The notes beneath the pieces were generated by a model, which made no database searches, was not told the DNA's origin, and saw only the letters and a list, made by a program, of their open reading frames with translations. DNA of 44,240 nt from the IMG/VR virus record IMGVR_UViG_3300044560_000016, one strand, 5' to 3'. Positions 8,271 through 15,665 of the stretch are shown here, piece by piece. The translations under genes and the position numbers were made by a program. The stretch's first letter is position 1; each line of letters opens with the position of its first letter. Source of the DNA: a virus.

Positions 8271-8682
8271 AGATCGTGATAGATTCAATGAATTAATAAT
8301 CTGGCTAACCAACTGGTGTTTTGATCATGAAATAGGTGTGGTTTATTCCAAAGAAGCTGATCCTAAAGCTAAATCTAAAAGCTATAACATTCCTGGTGAT
8401 CTAGTAGTTATTAACGGTAACTGGTTACCAGAAACTGAGGTTCCTTTTATATTTGCTCATGAGATTGGCCATACTATTGAAAATACCCCTATTTTTAATA
8501 AACTTTCTTATCTAGGCAGTGCTAAGGCTGAATACTCAGCAAATGTTTTTGCCATTAGATTGCTTCAGCAATACTGCCTAGAAAATGAAATCACTTATAA
8601 CACTATTTTTGATTTTGCTAAATCATTTGGAATTCCTAAAGATAAATGGTACTTGCTAACTGATTTGCAAAGGAGCTATTAA
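8260..8682 (+). CDS. ImmA/IrrE-family zinc metallopeptidase (anti-repressor protease)
   Basis: HEXXH motif FAHEIGHT; overlaps the repressor gene. Confidence 0.75.
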   Translation: MTNEDRDRFNELIIWLTNWCFDHEIGVVYSKEADPKAKSKSYNIPGDLVVINGNWLPETEVPFIFAHEIGHTIENTPIFNKLSYLGSAKAEYSANVFAIRLLQQYCLENEITYNTIFDFAKSFGIPKDKWYLLTDLQRSY

Positions 8683-8683
8683 T

Positions 8684-8806
8684 ATGAATAAGAAATTAAC
8701 TAAAGAAGATTTGAGTTGCCATCGTTACCCTGTTTCAGATGAATATGTTGAAATGATTAACAAGCTAGTTAATGGCAATGATAATAATCAAAAGTCCAAT
8801 AACTGA
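8684..8806 (+). CDS. Small hypothetical protein (40 aa)
   Basis: Manual ORF MNKKLTKEDLSCHRYPVSDEYVEMINKLVNGNDNNQKSNN* after AAGGAG. Confidence 0.35.
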   Translation: MNKKLTKEDLSCHRYPVSDEYVEMINKLVNGNDNNQKSNN

Positions 8807-8857
8807 AGACTTTAAAAGCTGTGTTTCTACGTCATTTTGTTTTTATGGAGGCTAATT

Positions 8858-9490
8858 ATGAAACTAAAGAAAGTGGCGCTAATCACTGCAACTGTGATAG
8901 CAGGTTTAAGTCTAAGTGCATGTAGCAGCTCTAATAATGAAAATGGTTCTGCTAAGTCCACTCAAACTTCTAAGAAGAAATCTAGTTCTACAGATAAAAT
9001 TATTTCTCAGAATAAAGAACTTAGAAGTAAATTCGACCAAATCAAGGTTGGAGATTTAATGAGTAAAGGTAAAGGTGGAGATACTGAAAAGCAAGTAAAA
9101 GCTTTATTAGGTAGTTCTAATTCAACCACCTCTTCTAAAACCGAAGGAATTAAAACTTCAGGTGCTACTTGGAATAAAGGCAAAGTAAGCATCACAGTAG
9201 CATACGTTGATAAACATGCTATTTCTAAGATGATTACTGGTTTTAAGTGGACTGGAAGACCTGCTAAGTTAGACAAAAAAGCCTTTGATTCTATTGCAGA
9301 TGGCTCAACATATGAATCAGTCATCAAGAAATATGGTGAGCCAGATGGTTTAGATGAATCATTAATCATGGGTAAAAAGACTGTAGCAGCCACATGGATT
9401 ACTGGTGTTAAAGGTGATACTGGTGCCAATGCAGTATTAACTTTCACCAACAATAAATTAACTGATAAAACTCAAACTGATCTTAAATAA
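8858..9490 (+). CDS. Lipoprotein in the lysogeny module (candidate superinfection-exclusion factor)
   Basis: MKLKKVALITATVIAGLSLSAC lipobox; GGAGG 6 nt upstream of the ATG at 8858. Confidence 0.7.
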   Translation: MKLKKVALITATVIAGLSLSACSSSNNENGSAKSTQTSKKKSSSTDKIISQNKELRSKFDQIKVGDLMSKGKGGDTEKQVKALLGSSNSTTSSKTEGIKTSGATWNKGKVSITVAYVDKHAISKMITGFKWTGRPAKLDKKAFDSIADGSTYESVIKKYGEPDGLDESLIMGKKTVAATWITGVKGDTGANAVLTFTNNKLTDKTQTDLK

Positions 9491-9500
9491 AACAAAAAAT

Positions 9501-9526
9501 CCCACCACTGCGCCAACAGTGATGGG
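9501..9526. terminator. Hairpin after the lipoprotein gene (the T-run is only on the minus strand)
   Basis: cccaccactg/cagtgatggg stem with one mismatch and a 6-nt loop. Confidence 0.35.
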
Positions 9527-9683
9527 AAAATGTGAGCTACGCCAATAGCTCTAAAAATGAATATATTTGAATTAAACAAAACCAACTTACGCCAATAAGT
9601 ATAGTTAACAACAAAGCCGCTTGGACTCTGCCCTCTTATTGTAGCAGAATTCAAACGACTGTAACAATAGGAGGTTATTTTTT

Positions 9684-10823
9684 ATGGCATCTATTAAGAA
9701 ACGTGGTAAGACCTGGTATGTTAGATTTTCTAAGAGAGTTCAAGAATGGGACCCTGAAACCCAATCTATGAAATCAGTCCTAAAACAAAAATCAAAAGGC
9801 GGTTTTAAAACCAAGGCTGAAGCACAACAGTACGGAATTAAAATGGAAGCCGCTTCTATTGATGGTGTAGATGTAGTTAAGAACCCTGTGTTCGCTGACT
9901 ATTTTGAACACTGGTATCTTACTTTTAAATTCCCGATTATCAGAAAATCAACGCAAAAGAGATATATTACTAATCATCATTATCTTGAAAAATATTTTGG
10001 ATCAACAAAAATAAAAGATATTTCAAGAGCTAAATATCAAAGCTTCTTAAATTGGCTTGGTAAAAACCATGCTCCTGCTACAGTTCGTAAAACCAATATT
10101 ATGGTTAAAGCTTGTGCAGGAAATGCAATAGAGGATGGTTTAATCGTTAAGAATTTTACCAATCGCACAACCATCACAGGAAACCAAGACAATGTCAGAG
10201 CCATAGAATACCTTAATGAGGGAGAAATGAATAAGCTGGTACAATTATGCCTAACTGGTTTAACTCCTCGTTATACTAGCAAATATTTAGTTCTAGCAGG
10301 ATTATTTACAGGCGCACGACTTGGAGAACTAACCGCTTTAAAATGGACTGATATTGATTTTAAGAATAAAATTATTGATATTAATAAAACTTGGAATCCT
10401 AATTTAAAAATACTAGGACCAACTAAAACCGAAAGTTCAGTTCGAAAGATTAAAGTTAATTCTTTCTTATTAGATAAATTGAAGCAATTAAAAATTAATA
10501 ATTCTGAATTTGTTTTTGCTATTCCTAGAACTGGACTGCCACCTTCTAGTTCTGCTGTAAATCAATTCTTAAGAAAAGCCATTAAGGAAATTGGGCTTAA
10601 CAAACCTGATTTTCACTTCCATAGTTTAAGGCATACTCACGTTTCATATTTAATTTCTCAAGGAATTGATATAGCTGCTATCAGTAAACGCTTAGGACAT
10701 GCTAATATAGCAATCACTTTATCAATCTATGCTCACTTACTTGATGAATATAAGGATCAACAAGATGCCAAAATTATTAATTCACTCAATCAAGTTTGTG
10801 CAACATTTGTGCAACACGGTTAA
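9684..10823 (+). CDS. int: Tyrosine-recombinase integrase
   Basis: ARLGEL, HSLRHTH and LGHANIAITLSIYAHL catalytic motifs. Confidence 0.95.
   Translation: MASIKKRGKTWYVRFSKRVQEWDPETQSMKSVLKQKSKGGFKTKAEAQQYGIKMEAASIDGVDVVKNPVFADYFEHWYLTFKFPIIRKSTQKRYITNHHYLEKYFGSTKIKDISRAKYQSFLNWLGKNHAPATVRKTNIMVKACAGNAIEDGLIVKNFTNRTTITGNQDNVRAIEYLNEGEMNKLVQLCLTGLTPRYTSKYLVLAGLFTGARLGELTALKWTDIDFKNKIIDINKTWNPNLKILGPTKTESSVRKIKVNSFLLDKLKQLKINNSEFVFAIPRTGLPPSSSAVNQFLRKAIKEIGLNKPDFHFHSLRHTHVSYLISQGIDIAAISKRLGHANIAITLSIYAHLLDEYKDQQDAKIINSLNQVCATFVQHG
10796..10816. repeat. 21-bp direct repeat ttgtgcaacatttgtgcaaca, copy 1 (inside the int 3' end)
   Basis: Identical string at 11011-11031; each copy is an internal tandem of ttgtgcaaca. 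Confidence 0.9.
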
Positions 10824-10959
10824 AATTTCTATGATTTTCTAAAACATAAAATCCTATAATATCAATGTTTTGAGTATTCTGAAACATCGTAAAAGCTTAT
10901 ATTTTAATTCAACCAAGGCTTTAAAGTCTGGTAAAGTTACTCGTGCCTAATAATAAAAA

Positions 10960-10997
10960 ACCTTGATAGATCAATGATCTTTCAAGGTCTTTTTTTA
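10960..10997. terminator. Strong, probably bidirectional intrinsic terminator downstream of int
   Basis: accttga-t-agatc/gatct-t-tcaaggt stem, A-run before and T-run after. Confidence 0.75.
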
Positions 10998-11010
10998 CCT
11001 TAAATTGCTA

Positions 11011-11031
11011 TTGTGCAACATTTGTGCAACA
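11011..11031. repeat. 21-bp direct repeat, copy 2 (attP region)
   Basis: Identical to 10796-10816. Confidence 0.9.
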
Positions 11032-11064
11032 GATTTTTTTATTTTTTTCTTCCTATAATAAAAC

Positions 11065-11112
11065 AAAAAAAGCCACCCTGGGAATAATTTTCCTAGAGTG
11101 GCTTCTTTTTTT
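11065..11112. terminator. Bidirectional intrinsic terminator after the endolysin gene
   Basis: agccac...gtggct stem extended by ctggga/tcctag, flanked by A- and T-runs. Confidence 0.7.
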
Positions 11113-11152
11113 ATAGATTTAGATTTTAGAAAGGTTGATTTTTTCACTTCCT

Positions 11153-12004
11153 TTATTTGATTTTACCTAATAGCTTATTATATTTGTCTCTTGCAACAAT
11201 GTATCCGTAAGAGCCGCCACTTCTTGGTTGTCTTAACCACAAGCGCTTTGGTCCTTGCAATGTTGCATCGAACTTAATTGTATCGCCTTTCTTTAACTTG
11301 GCAAGAGGTTCAGATTCAATGTGTGGGGATTTATGAATTTCTAAAGATTGGCCTAAAGTGAATGTACCATTCTTTTTAACCCATTCAGATTTTTTACGTT
11401 TAGCTGCAGATTGCTTACTTGAACCTTTAGCAAGTTTCTTCCAACCATCTTTTGTAACATTAACCACGCTGCGGTCCATGTCGCCGCCGGTAAACTGCCA
11501 TGCCGTGTAGGTTGGCCATGGGCTTACACTAAAGTTAGCATTTGGAGTTTTCCAACTTGCCCAATTCATAGAAGCGTACCATGCTACCCATAAACCACAA
11601 TCTTTAGCACAATTGGCAACTTGGTTTAGAGCAGATTGCTGAACGTAAATTAATGGCCACACACCGCTAAGGCGGTGGTATTCATCTACGAATTGACGTA
11701 CGTAATTAGAATTGCCCCAGGAACTATTTTGGTATGACTCCCAGTCAACAGCCGGCACAGCTTCACCTATGTAGTTCTTGGTATTTTTATAAAAGTATTG
11801 TGCTTCGGCTTTTGCATTTCCGCCGCCACAGTAGTGGTAAATTCCTAGCAGTTTTCCTTTTTTCTTAGCTGCTTGATAGTCAGTATCACACTTAGGATTT
11901 ACGTACCCTGTTCCTTGTGTGGCTTTAACCATCGTAATATCGGTTCCTGCTTGAGTAGCAAAGTGACGTGGTGAATCAGAATAAACATCAACCATTTTTA
12001 GCAT
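11153..12004 (-). CDS. Endolysin: GH25 muramidase with a C-terminal SH3b-like cell-wall-binding domain
   Basis: DITMVKATQGTGYVNP...GIYHY GH25 pattern; C-terminal FTLGQSLEIHKSP...GDTIKFD SH3-like region. Confidence 0.85.
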   Translation of the reverse strand: MLKMVDVYSDSPRHFATQAGTDITMVKATQGTGYVNPKCDTDYQAAKKKGKLLGIYHYCGGGNAKAEAQYFYKNTKNYIGEAVPAVDWESYQNSSWGNSNYVRQFVDEYHRLSGVWPLIYVQQSALNQVANCAKDCGLWVAWYASMNWASWKTPNANFSVSPWPTYTAWQFTGGDMDRSVVNVTKDGWKKLAKGSSKQSAAKRKKSEWVKKNGTFTLGQSLEIHKSPHIESEPLAKLKKGDTIKFDATLQGPKRLWLRQPRSGGSYGYIVARDKYNKLLGKIK

Positions 12005-12008
12005 TGTC

Positions 12009-12257
12009 TTAACCTTCTTTCTTTACATCATTAACTACAGTGTTTTTCTTTGTTTCACCGTTTGCAGCATTTTTCTTTTCTAACTCTTTGATTTTCTCAT
12101 TTTGTGTGACAATCATATGAGCCAGATCAAAAATGTCATTTTCATCGAGTGGCTGTTTGGTTTTTCTCACTTTATCAACCAGCGTGATAATCCACGCAAC
12201 GATTACAACAAAAATAGCCACCACTGTGGCTACATCAATCACATTTAAATTACTCAT
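12009..12257 (-). CDS. Holin-like small membrane protein (one TM, charged tail)
   Basis: VIDVATVVAIFVVIVAWIITLV followed by a charged C-terminus; directly upstream of the lysin. Confidence 0.55.
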   Translation of the reverse strand: MSNLNVIDVATVVAIFVVIVAWIITLVDKVRKTKQPLDENDIFDLAHMIVTQNEKIKELEKKNAANGETKKNTVVNDVKKEG

Positions 12258-12510
12258 GTTTTTTACCTTTCAATTTTGCAACTTGATCTTTCAAGTTGCG
12301 AATCTCGTTTCTCAATTCATCTATAGTATCTTCATCTTCTAGCCATTTTTTACGGTAAAAGTTAATGTCATTTTTTTGACTTCTTTTGTCTTTGTCTTTT
12401 TGATCATCCTTATATTTTAAGTACCATTGCCATGCCGAAATCAAAGCAGATACTATAGCACCAAAGACACCAGATGTGAGGATGGTGGTCCAGTTCTTAT
12501 CTATAGTAAT
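12250..12510 (-). CDS. Holin-like protein (one TM plus coiled-coil tail) lacking a canonical start codon; only the 12250..12444 TTG-start version is in the ORF track
   Basis: The frame is open from the TAG at 12511-12513. The extra N-terminal ITIDKNWTTILTSGVFGAIVSALISAWQW encodes the only TM. AAGGGAG Shine-Dalgarno sequence at 12514-12520; ATA at 12502-12504. Confidence 0.4.
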   Translation of the reverse strand: MTIDKNWTTILTSGVFGAIVSALISAWQWYLKYKDDQKDKDKRSQKNDINFYRKKWLEDEDTIDELRNEIRNLKDQVAKLKGKKHE

Positions 12511-12936
12511 CTACTCCCTTCTGTCTATATCCTTTCTAGTAGGACTATTGCGAATCATTAAAAATGTAAAAAGCAGATACCCCCCACCTTCGAAAAACAA
12601 AGCCAGCATCCTACCAGGGTCATAAAAAATTAAGGAGTGCATAAACTCCATGAAGACTTCAAAACCCCAGAAAGCACTAGCCAAAGTAATCCAGACAAAG
12701 TTTGCTTTGATAGGAAAATTCTTTTGCAATGCAACATAAATTAAACCTGCACCGGAAAAAATTCCCCACGCCCCTACAAAGTCAGAATTTATATAAGCAT
12801 CTGCACCAGGTGGCCACATAAAGTAATGATCGTGGAAAAGTAAGTCACTACCTACACCGATTAAAACTAGCCCTACGATGATGTGAATTGGATTGAAGAT
12901 AATTAATGTTTTAAACTTTCTTCTCGTCTTTTTCAT
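12511..12936 (-). CDS. Four-TM membrane protein (lysis-region, function unknown)
   Basis: Likely start MKKTRRKFK at 12936; four hydrophobic segments. Confidence 0.55.
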   Translation of the reverse strand: MKKTRRKFKTLIIFNPIHIIVGLVLIGVGSDLLFHDHYFMWPPGADAYINSDFVGAWGIFSGAGLIYVALQKNFPIKANFVWITLASAFWGFEVFMEFMHSLIFYDPGRMLALFFEGGGYLLFTFLMIRNSPTRKDIDRRE

Positions 12937-13108
12937 ATTTCTCACCTGTTGCTTTTTCATAATATTCGGCTGGTAGAGTACCATTAGCAACACGTTCTGC
13001 TAATTCTTCTTTGCTTGTCCAGCCCCATTTGTAGTACTGTACAGCTCTTTCATATACAGGAGTTGGATCGATAGGCTTAAAGCTAAAATTAAAGTTGAAA
13101 TCAAACAT
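12911..13108 (-). CDS. XkdX-family small phage protein
   Basis: 65 aa with YYKWGWTSKEELAERVANGTLPAEYYEKATG, resembling the XkdX family; position after the tail-fibre genes. Confidence 0.6.
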   Translation of the reverse strand: MFDFNFNFSFKPIDPTPVYERAVQYYKWGWTSKEELAERVANGTLPAEYYEKATGEKYEKDEKKV

Positions 13109-13695
13109 TATTTTTCATCCTCCTTAGTGCCTTCTGCATTTGCAGGTGTTTCTTGCTTCTTACCACTTTCAGTATCAGTTTGATCTCCTCTAATACTATT
13201 GATGGCAGCGCCTAATTCCTTGAAGGCTTGACCGAATTGATCACCCATAGCGTTGATTTGTGCAATTAAAGCAGCAGAAGTTTCATTTGATTGATTAATC
13301 GATACTTGAACGGCATTAAGTTGCTTATCCTTAAGTGCATCATTTTTATCCAATTCATCAACTTTTAGATATAACTGGCTAAGCCCTTCTTTGGACTTGT
13401 CATACCATTTGTTGTTAACCCAATCATAGGCAGGCTTAATTAAACCTGGAGTTGGATCTGTTGGTGGATATGGGTAAATGCCTACTTTATCTTTTTCAAC
13501 TGGTTCACGCTTGCAATCTACCTCATCATCACTGCGATATGCATAAACATAATTACTAAGTAAATCCTTAATAATTTCAGCTTCAGAAGGCTTTAAACGC
13601 AATTCAATATCTTCTGTTTCAGTTGTTTCTTCACTTGCAGCTTCAACGGCTTCGAGTGTTTTCGCCTTTACATCTGCATTAGTTTCTTTAACCAT
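13108..13695 (-). CDS. Hypothetical protein (XkdW-position, coiled coil)
   Basis: ATG at 13695 after GGAGAAAAGAGGA; follows the RT gene. Confidence 0.5.
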   Translation of the reverse strand: MVKETNADVKAKTLEAVEAASEETTETEDIELRLKPSEAEIIKDLLSNYVYAYRSDDEVDCKREPVEKDKVGIYPYPPTDPTPGLIKPAYDWVNNKWYDKSKEGLSQLYLKVDELDKNDALKDKQLNAVQVSINQSNETSAALIAQINAMGDQFGQAFKELGAAINSIRGDQTDTESGKKQETPANAEGTKEDEK

Positions 13696-13730
13696 GTTTT
13701 TCCTCTTTTCTCCAAACAAAAAACAGAGCA

Positions 13731-14873
13731 CTAAGAGTGTTCTGCAAATAATTCATTATATAAAGCTCTCATATTGTTTTTAGTTCGATAAGATAGCAAC
13801 TTTTCATAGCTGCCATACCAGGATTTAAATGATGCTTTAGCATCCTCTAAACTCATTCTGCCATCATCAACCAGCCCTCGATATTTCTTCAGCTTCCTTC
13901 TCTCACGAGTCACAGCTTGAGGATTTATCCGCTTAACTAAGTGACCAGTGGAAGTCAATTTATATCTCAGCTTTAAGTAGGTAAACGGCTGATTAAGTTT
14001 CATAATCCTGGTTTTCTTTTCGTTAATAAAAATTCCAAGTTTATTAGCAATTTTGGTTATCTCATTAAGCATTTCATGTAGAAAGTTTTTATCATTACTA
14101 ATAATGTAAGAATCATCCATATATCTGCCATAAAACCGAATCGATCTTATTATTTTGCAATAGTTATCGATTTCGGTAGGAAAGAATATGCTGCAGATTT
14201 GAGATACTTGATCACCAATCGCCAATGATTTTTCCATAAACTTTTCGCCAGTAAGATATTTAGGATTTAATTTAGATTGTTTATCTCCATCAAACTTCAT
14301 ATCTAGGCATTTAGAGTAAAGTTCATCATTTAAATAGGACACATCAATTTTAAAATTCTCTAGTACTTTATCAAATAACCATAAAATTTCTTCATCCTTT
14401 ATATATTTCTTAATCTTATCTCTAAGCTTTTGATGCTGAATATTATCGTAATACTTAGAGAAATCAATTAAAAGAATATATCCTTCATTGCCATGTTTTC
14501 GATAAAATTCATGCAAATGCTGTTCAAATCTTCTTCTAGTAAAAGAAATACCCTTTCCAGGTAGTGATGCACCATTATCATGAATCAGGTATTGCCTCAA
14601 CGTTGGTGTTAAGCATTCATCGCATAGGCTTCTTCTTACAACTCGATCAGAAAATGGATTGCTACGGATATTTCGCTGCTTTCCTCTTTCATTAACTATG
14701 AAACTAGAGCCTTTTCTAGCGTAATAGGTGTGGCTCTCAAGCTCGTTACTAGTTGCTACTAGCTTAGCCAGATAATCCATTTCGTACATTTGAACCTGCG
14801 GCTTCCATGAGCTGCCTCTCTTACTTTCCAAATAAGCTCTATATAATTTGTTTAAATCACTAATATTTTTCAT
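13731..14873 (-). CDS. DGR-type reverse transcriptase
   Basis: FSDRVVRRSL, LLIDFSKYYDNI, the DGR-diagnostic IGDQVSQ, and the YMDD catalytic box; no maturase or endonuclease domains. Confidence 0.9.
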   Translation of the reverse strand: MKNISDLNKLYRAYLESKRGSSWKPQVQMYEMDYLAKLVATSNELESHTYYARKGSSFIVNERGKQRNIRSNPFSDRVVRRSLCDECLTPTLRQYLIHDNGASLPGKGISFTRRRFEQHLHEFYRKHGNEGYILLIDFSKYYDNIQHQKLRDKIKKYIKDEEILWLFDKVLENFKIDVSYLNDELYSKCLDMKFDGDKQSKLNPKYLTGEKFMEKSLAIGDQVSQICSIFFPTEIDNYCKIIRSIRFYGRYMDDSYIISNDKNFLHEMLNEITKIANKLGIFINEKKTRIMKLNQPFTYLKLRYKLTSTGHLVKRINPQAVTRERRKLKKYRGLVDDGRMSLEDAKASFKSWYGSYEKLLSYRTKNNMRALYNELFAEHS

Positions 14874-15021
14874 ACTAACTAAAAATCAGGTGGCTAATAG
14901 TGATAACAATCGTAACTGATCACGTCCACCATCACTTTTACTACCTTTCTGATAGAAGGACAGTTTCTCCTTCTTCTTCATCGTTTTTCTGATATTAATC
15001 ATTTATTTTGGTGAAGGGAAT
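14874..15021 (-). ncRNA. DGR spacer (Sp-like) RNA segment between TR and RT
   Basis: 148 nt non-coding; hairpins gaagga-N7-tccttc (14955-14973) and nested gtgg/ccac plus gtgat/atcac stems. Confidence 0.5.
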
Positions 15022-15109
15022 CCCGAACGCCATTCCAGGTATTGGATGCGCCATTCCAGTTATCATCGCCATTGTTGCTCGCATTCGCAAACTCAGCCGA
15101 AGAATGGAT
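15022..15109 (-). repeat. DGR template repeat (TR)
   Basis: 88-bp match to 15685-15772 with 9 mismatches, all at TR coding-strand adenines; starts 9 nt after the avd stop. Confidence 0.9.
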
Positions 15110-15118
15110 TAACAGAAA

Positions 15119-15556
15119 CTACCCTATTTTCTTCTTTAATCTAATATCTGACTTTCGCCACGATTTGATCAAATGAATTTCTTTTTCAATTAGTTCAATG
15201 GATGTTCTATATTTATTCAGATTCAAGCCCGTTATAACGTCTACTATCGATTGCAATTCTTGCTTCAAAACAATGCAATTTGCTATTGCTTTGTCTTGAT
15301 AGAGCCTTCTTTGGTCGTACTCTAACACAGTGGTTACGTACATTGCATTAGCTCTATGAATATCTCCCACAATATCACCACACAGATTTATAATTCTTTC
15401 AAACTTTAAATCTAAGAATTGAGCTTCACCTAAATCTGCAATTCTGGTAATTCCAAAATCTAGCATCAGGTGCTTAACTAGCTCTTTTTGAATAATTTGC
15501 ATATTGTGAAAAACTTCGAATCGTGATTTCTTTCTCTTTCCTTTTGGAACTGACAT
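15119..15556 (-). CDS. avd: Accessory variability determinant (Avd)-position protein
   Basis: 145-aa helical protein with a basic N-terminus (KGKRKKSR) located exactly between VR and TR. The assignment is positional; no motif was recognised by eye. Confidence 0.6.
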   Translation of the reverse strand: MSVPKGKRKKSRFEVFHNMQIIQKELVKHLMLDFGITRIADLGEAQFLDLKFERIINLCGDIVGDIHRANAMYVTTVLEYDQRRLYQDKAIANCIVLKQELQSIVDVITGLNLNKYRTSIELIEKEIHLIKSWRKSDIRLKKKIG

Positions 15557-15626
15557 AAATATAAAACCTTTCTACATTAATTCTTAAGGTGGATGAATTT
15601 TATAATACATTGGAGGCACACTTTCT

Positions 15627-15665
15627 ATCGGCTTGCACCCCTAAAGGGGATGCGGATCAGCCGAT
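15627..15665 (-). promoter_or_regulatory. Two-tier hairpin immediately 3' of the VR and stop codon (DGR homing hairpin/cruciform candidate; may also terminate)
   Basis: atcggct/agccgat outer stem, gcacccc/gggg(a)tgc inner stem, 4-nt loop. Confidence 0.6.

Noticed and set aside
9007-9654. Minus-strand ORFs 9007..9453 and 9472..9654
   Set aside because: The first is antisense to the lipoprotein gene. The second spans the terminator hairpin and the int promoter region. Neither has translation signals.
13731-14873. Alternative identities for the reverse transcriptase: retron, group II intron or Abi-type RT
   Set aside because: There is no maturase or endonuclease domain and no intron-like RNA domains. 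No msr/msd-type inverted repeats are adjacent. Instead there is a TR/VR pair with adenine-only differences, plus the IGDQVSQ motif typical of DGR RTs.
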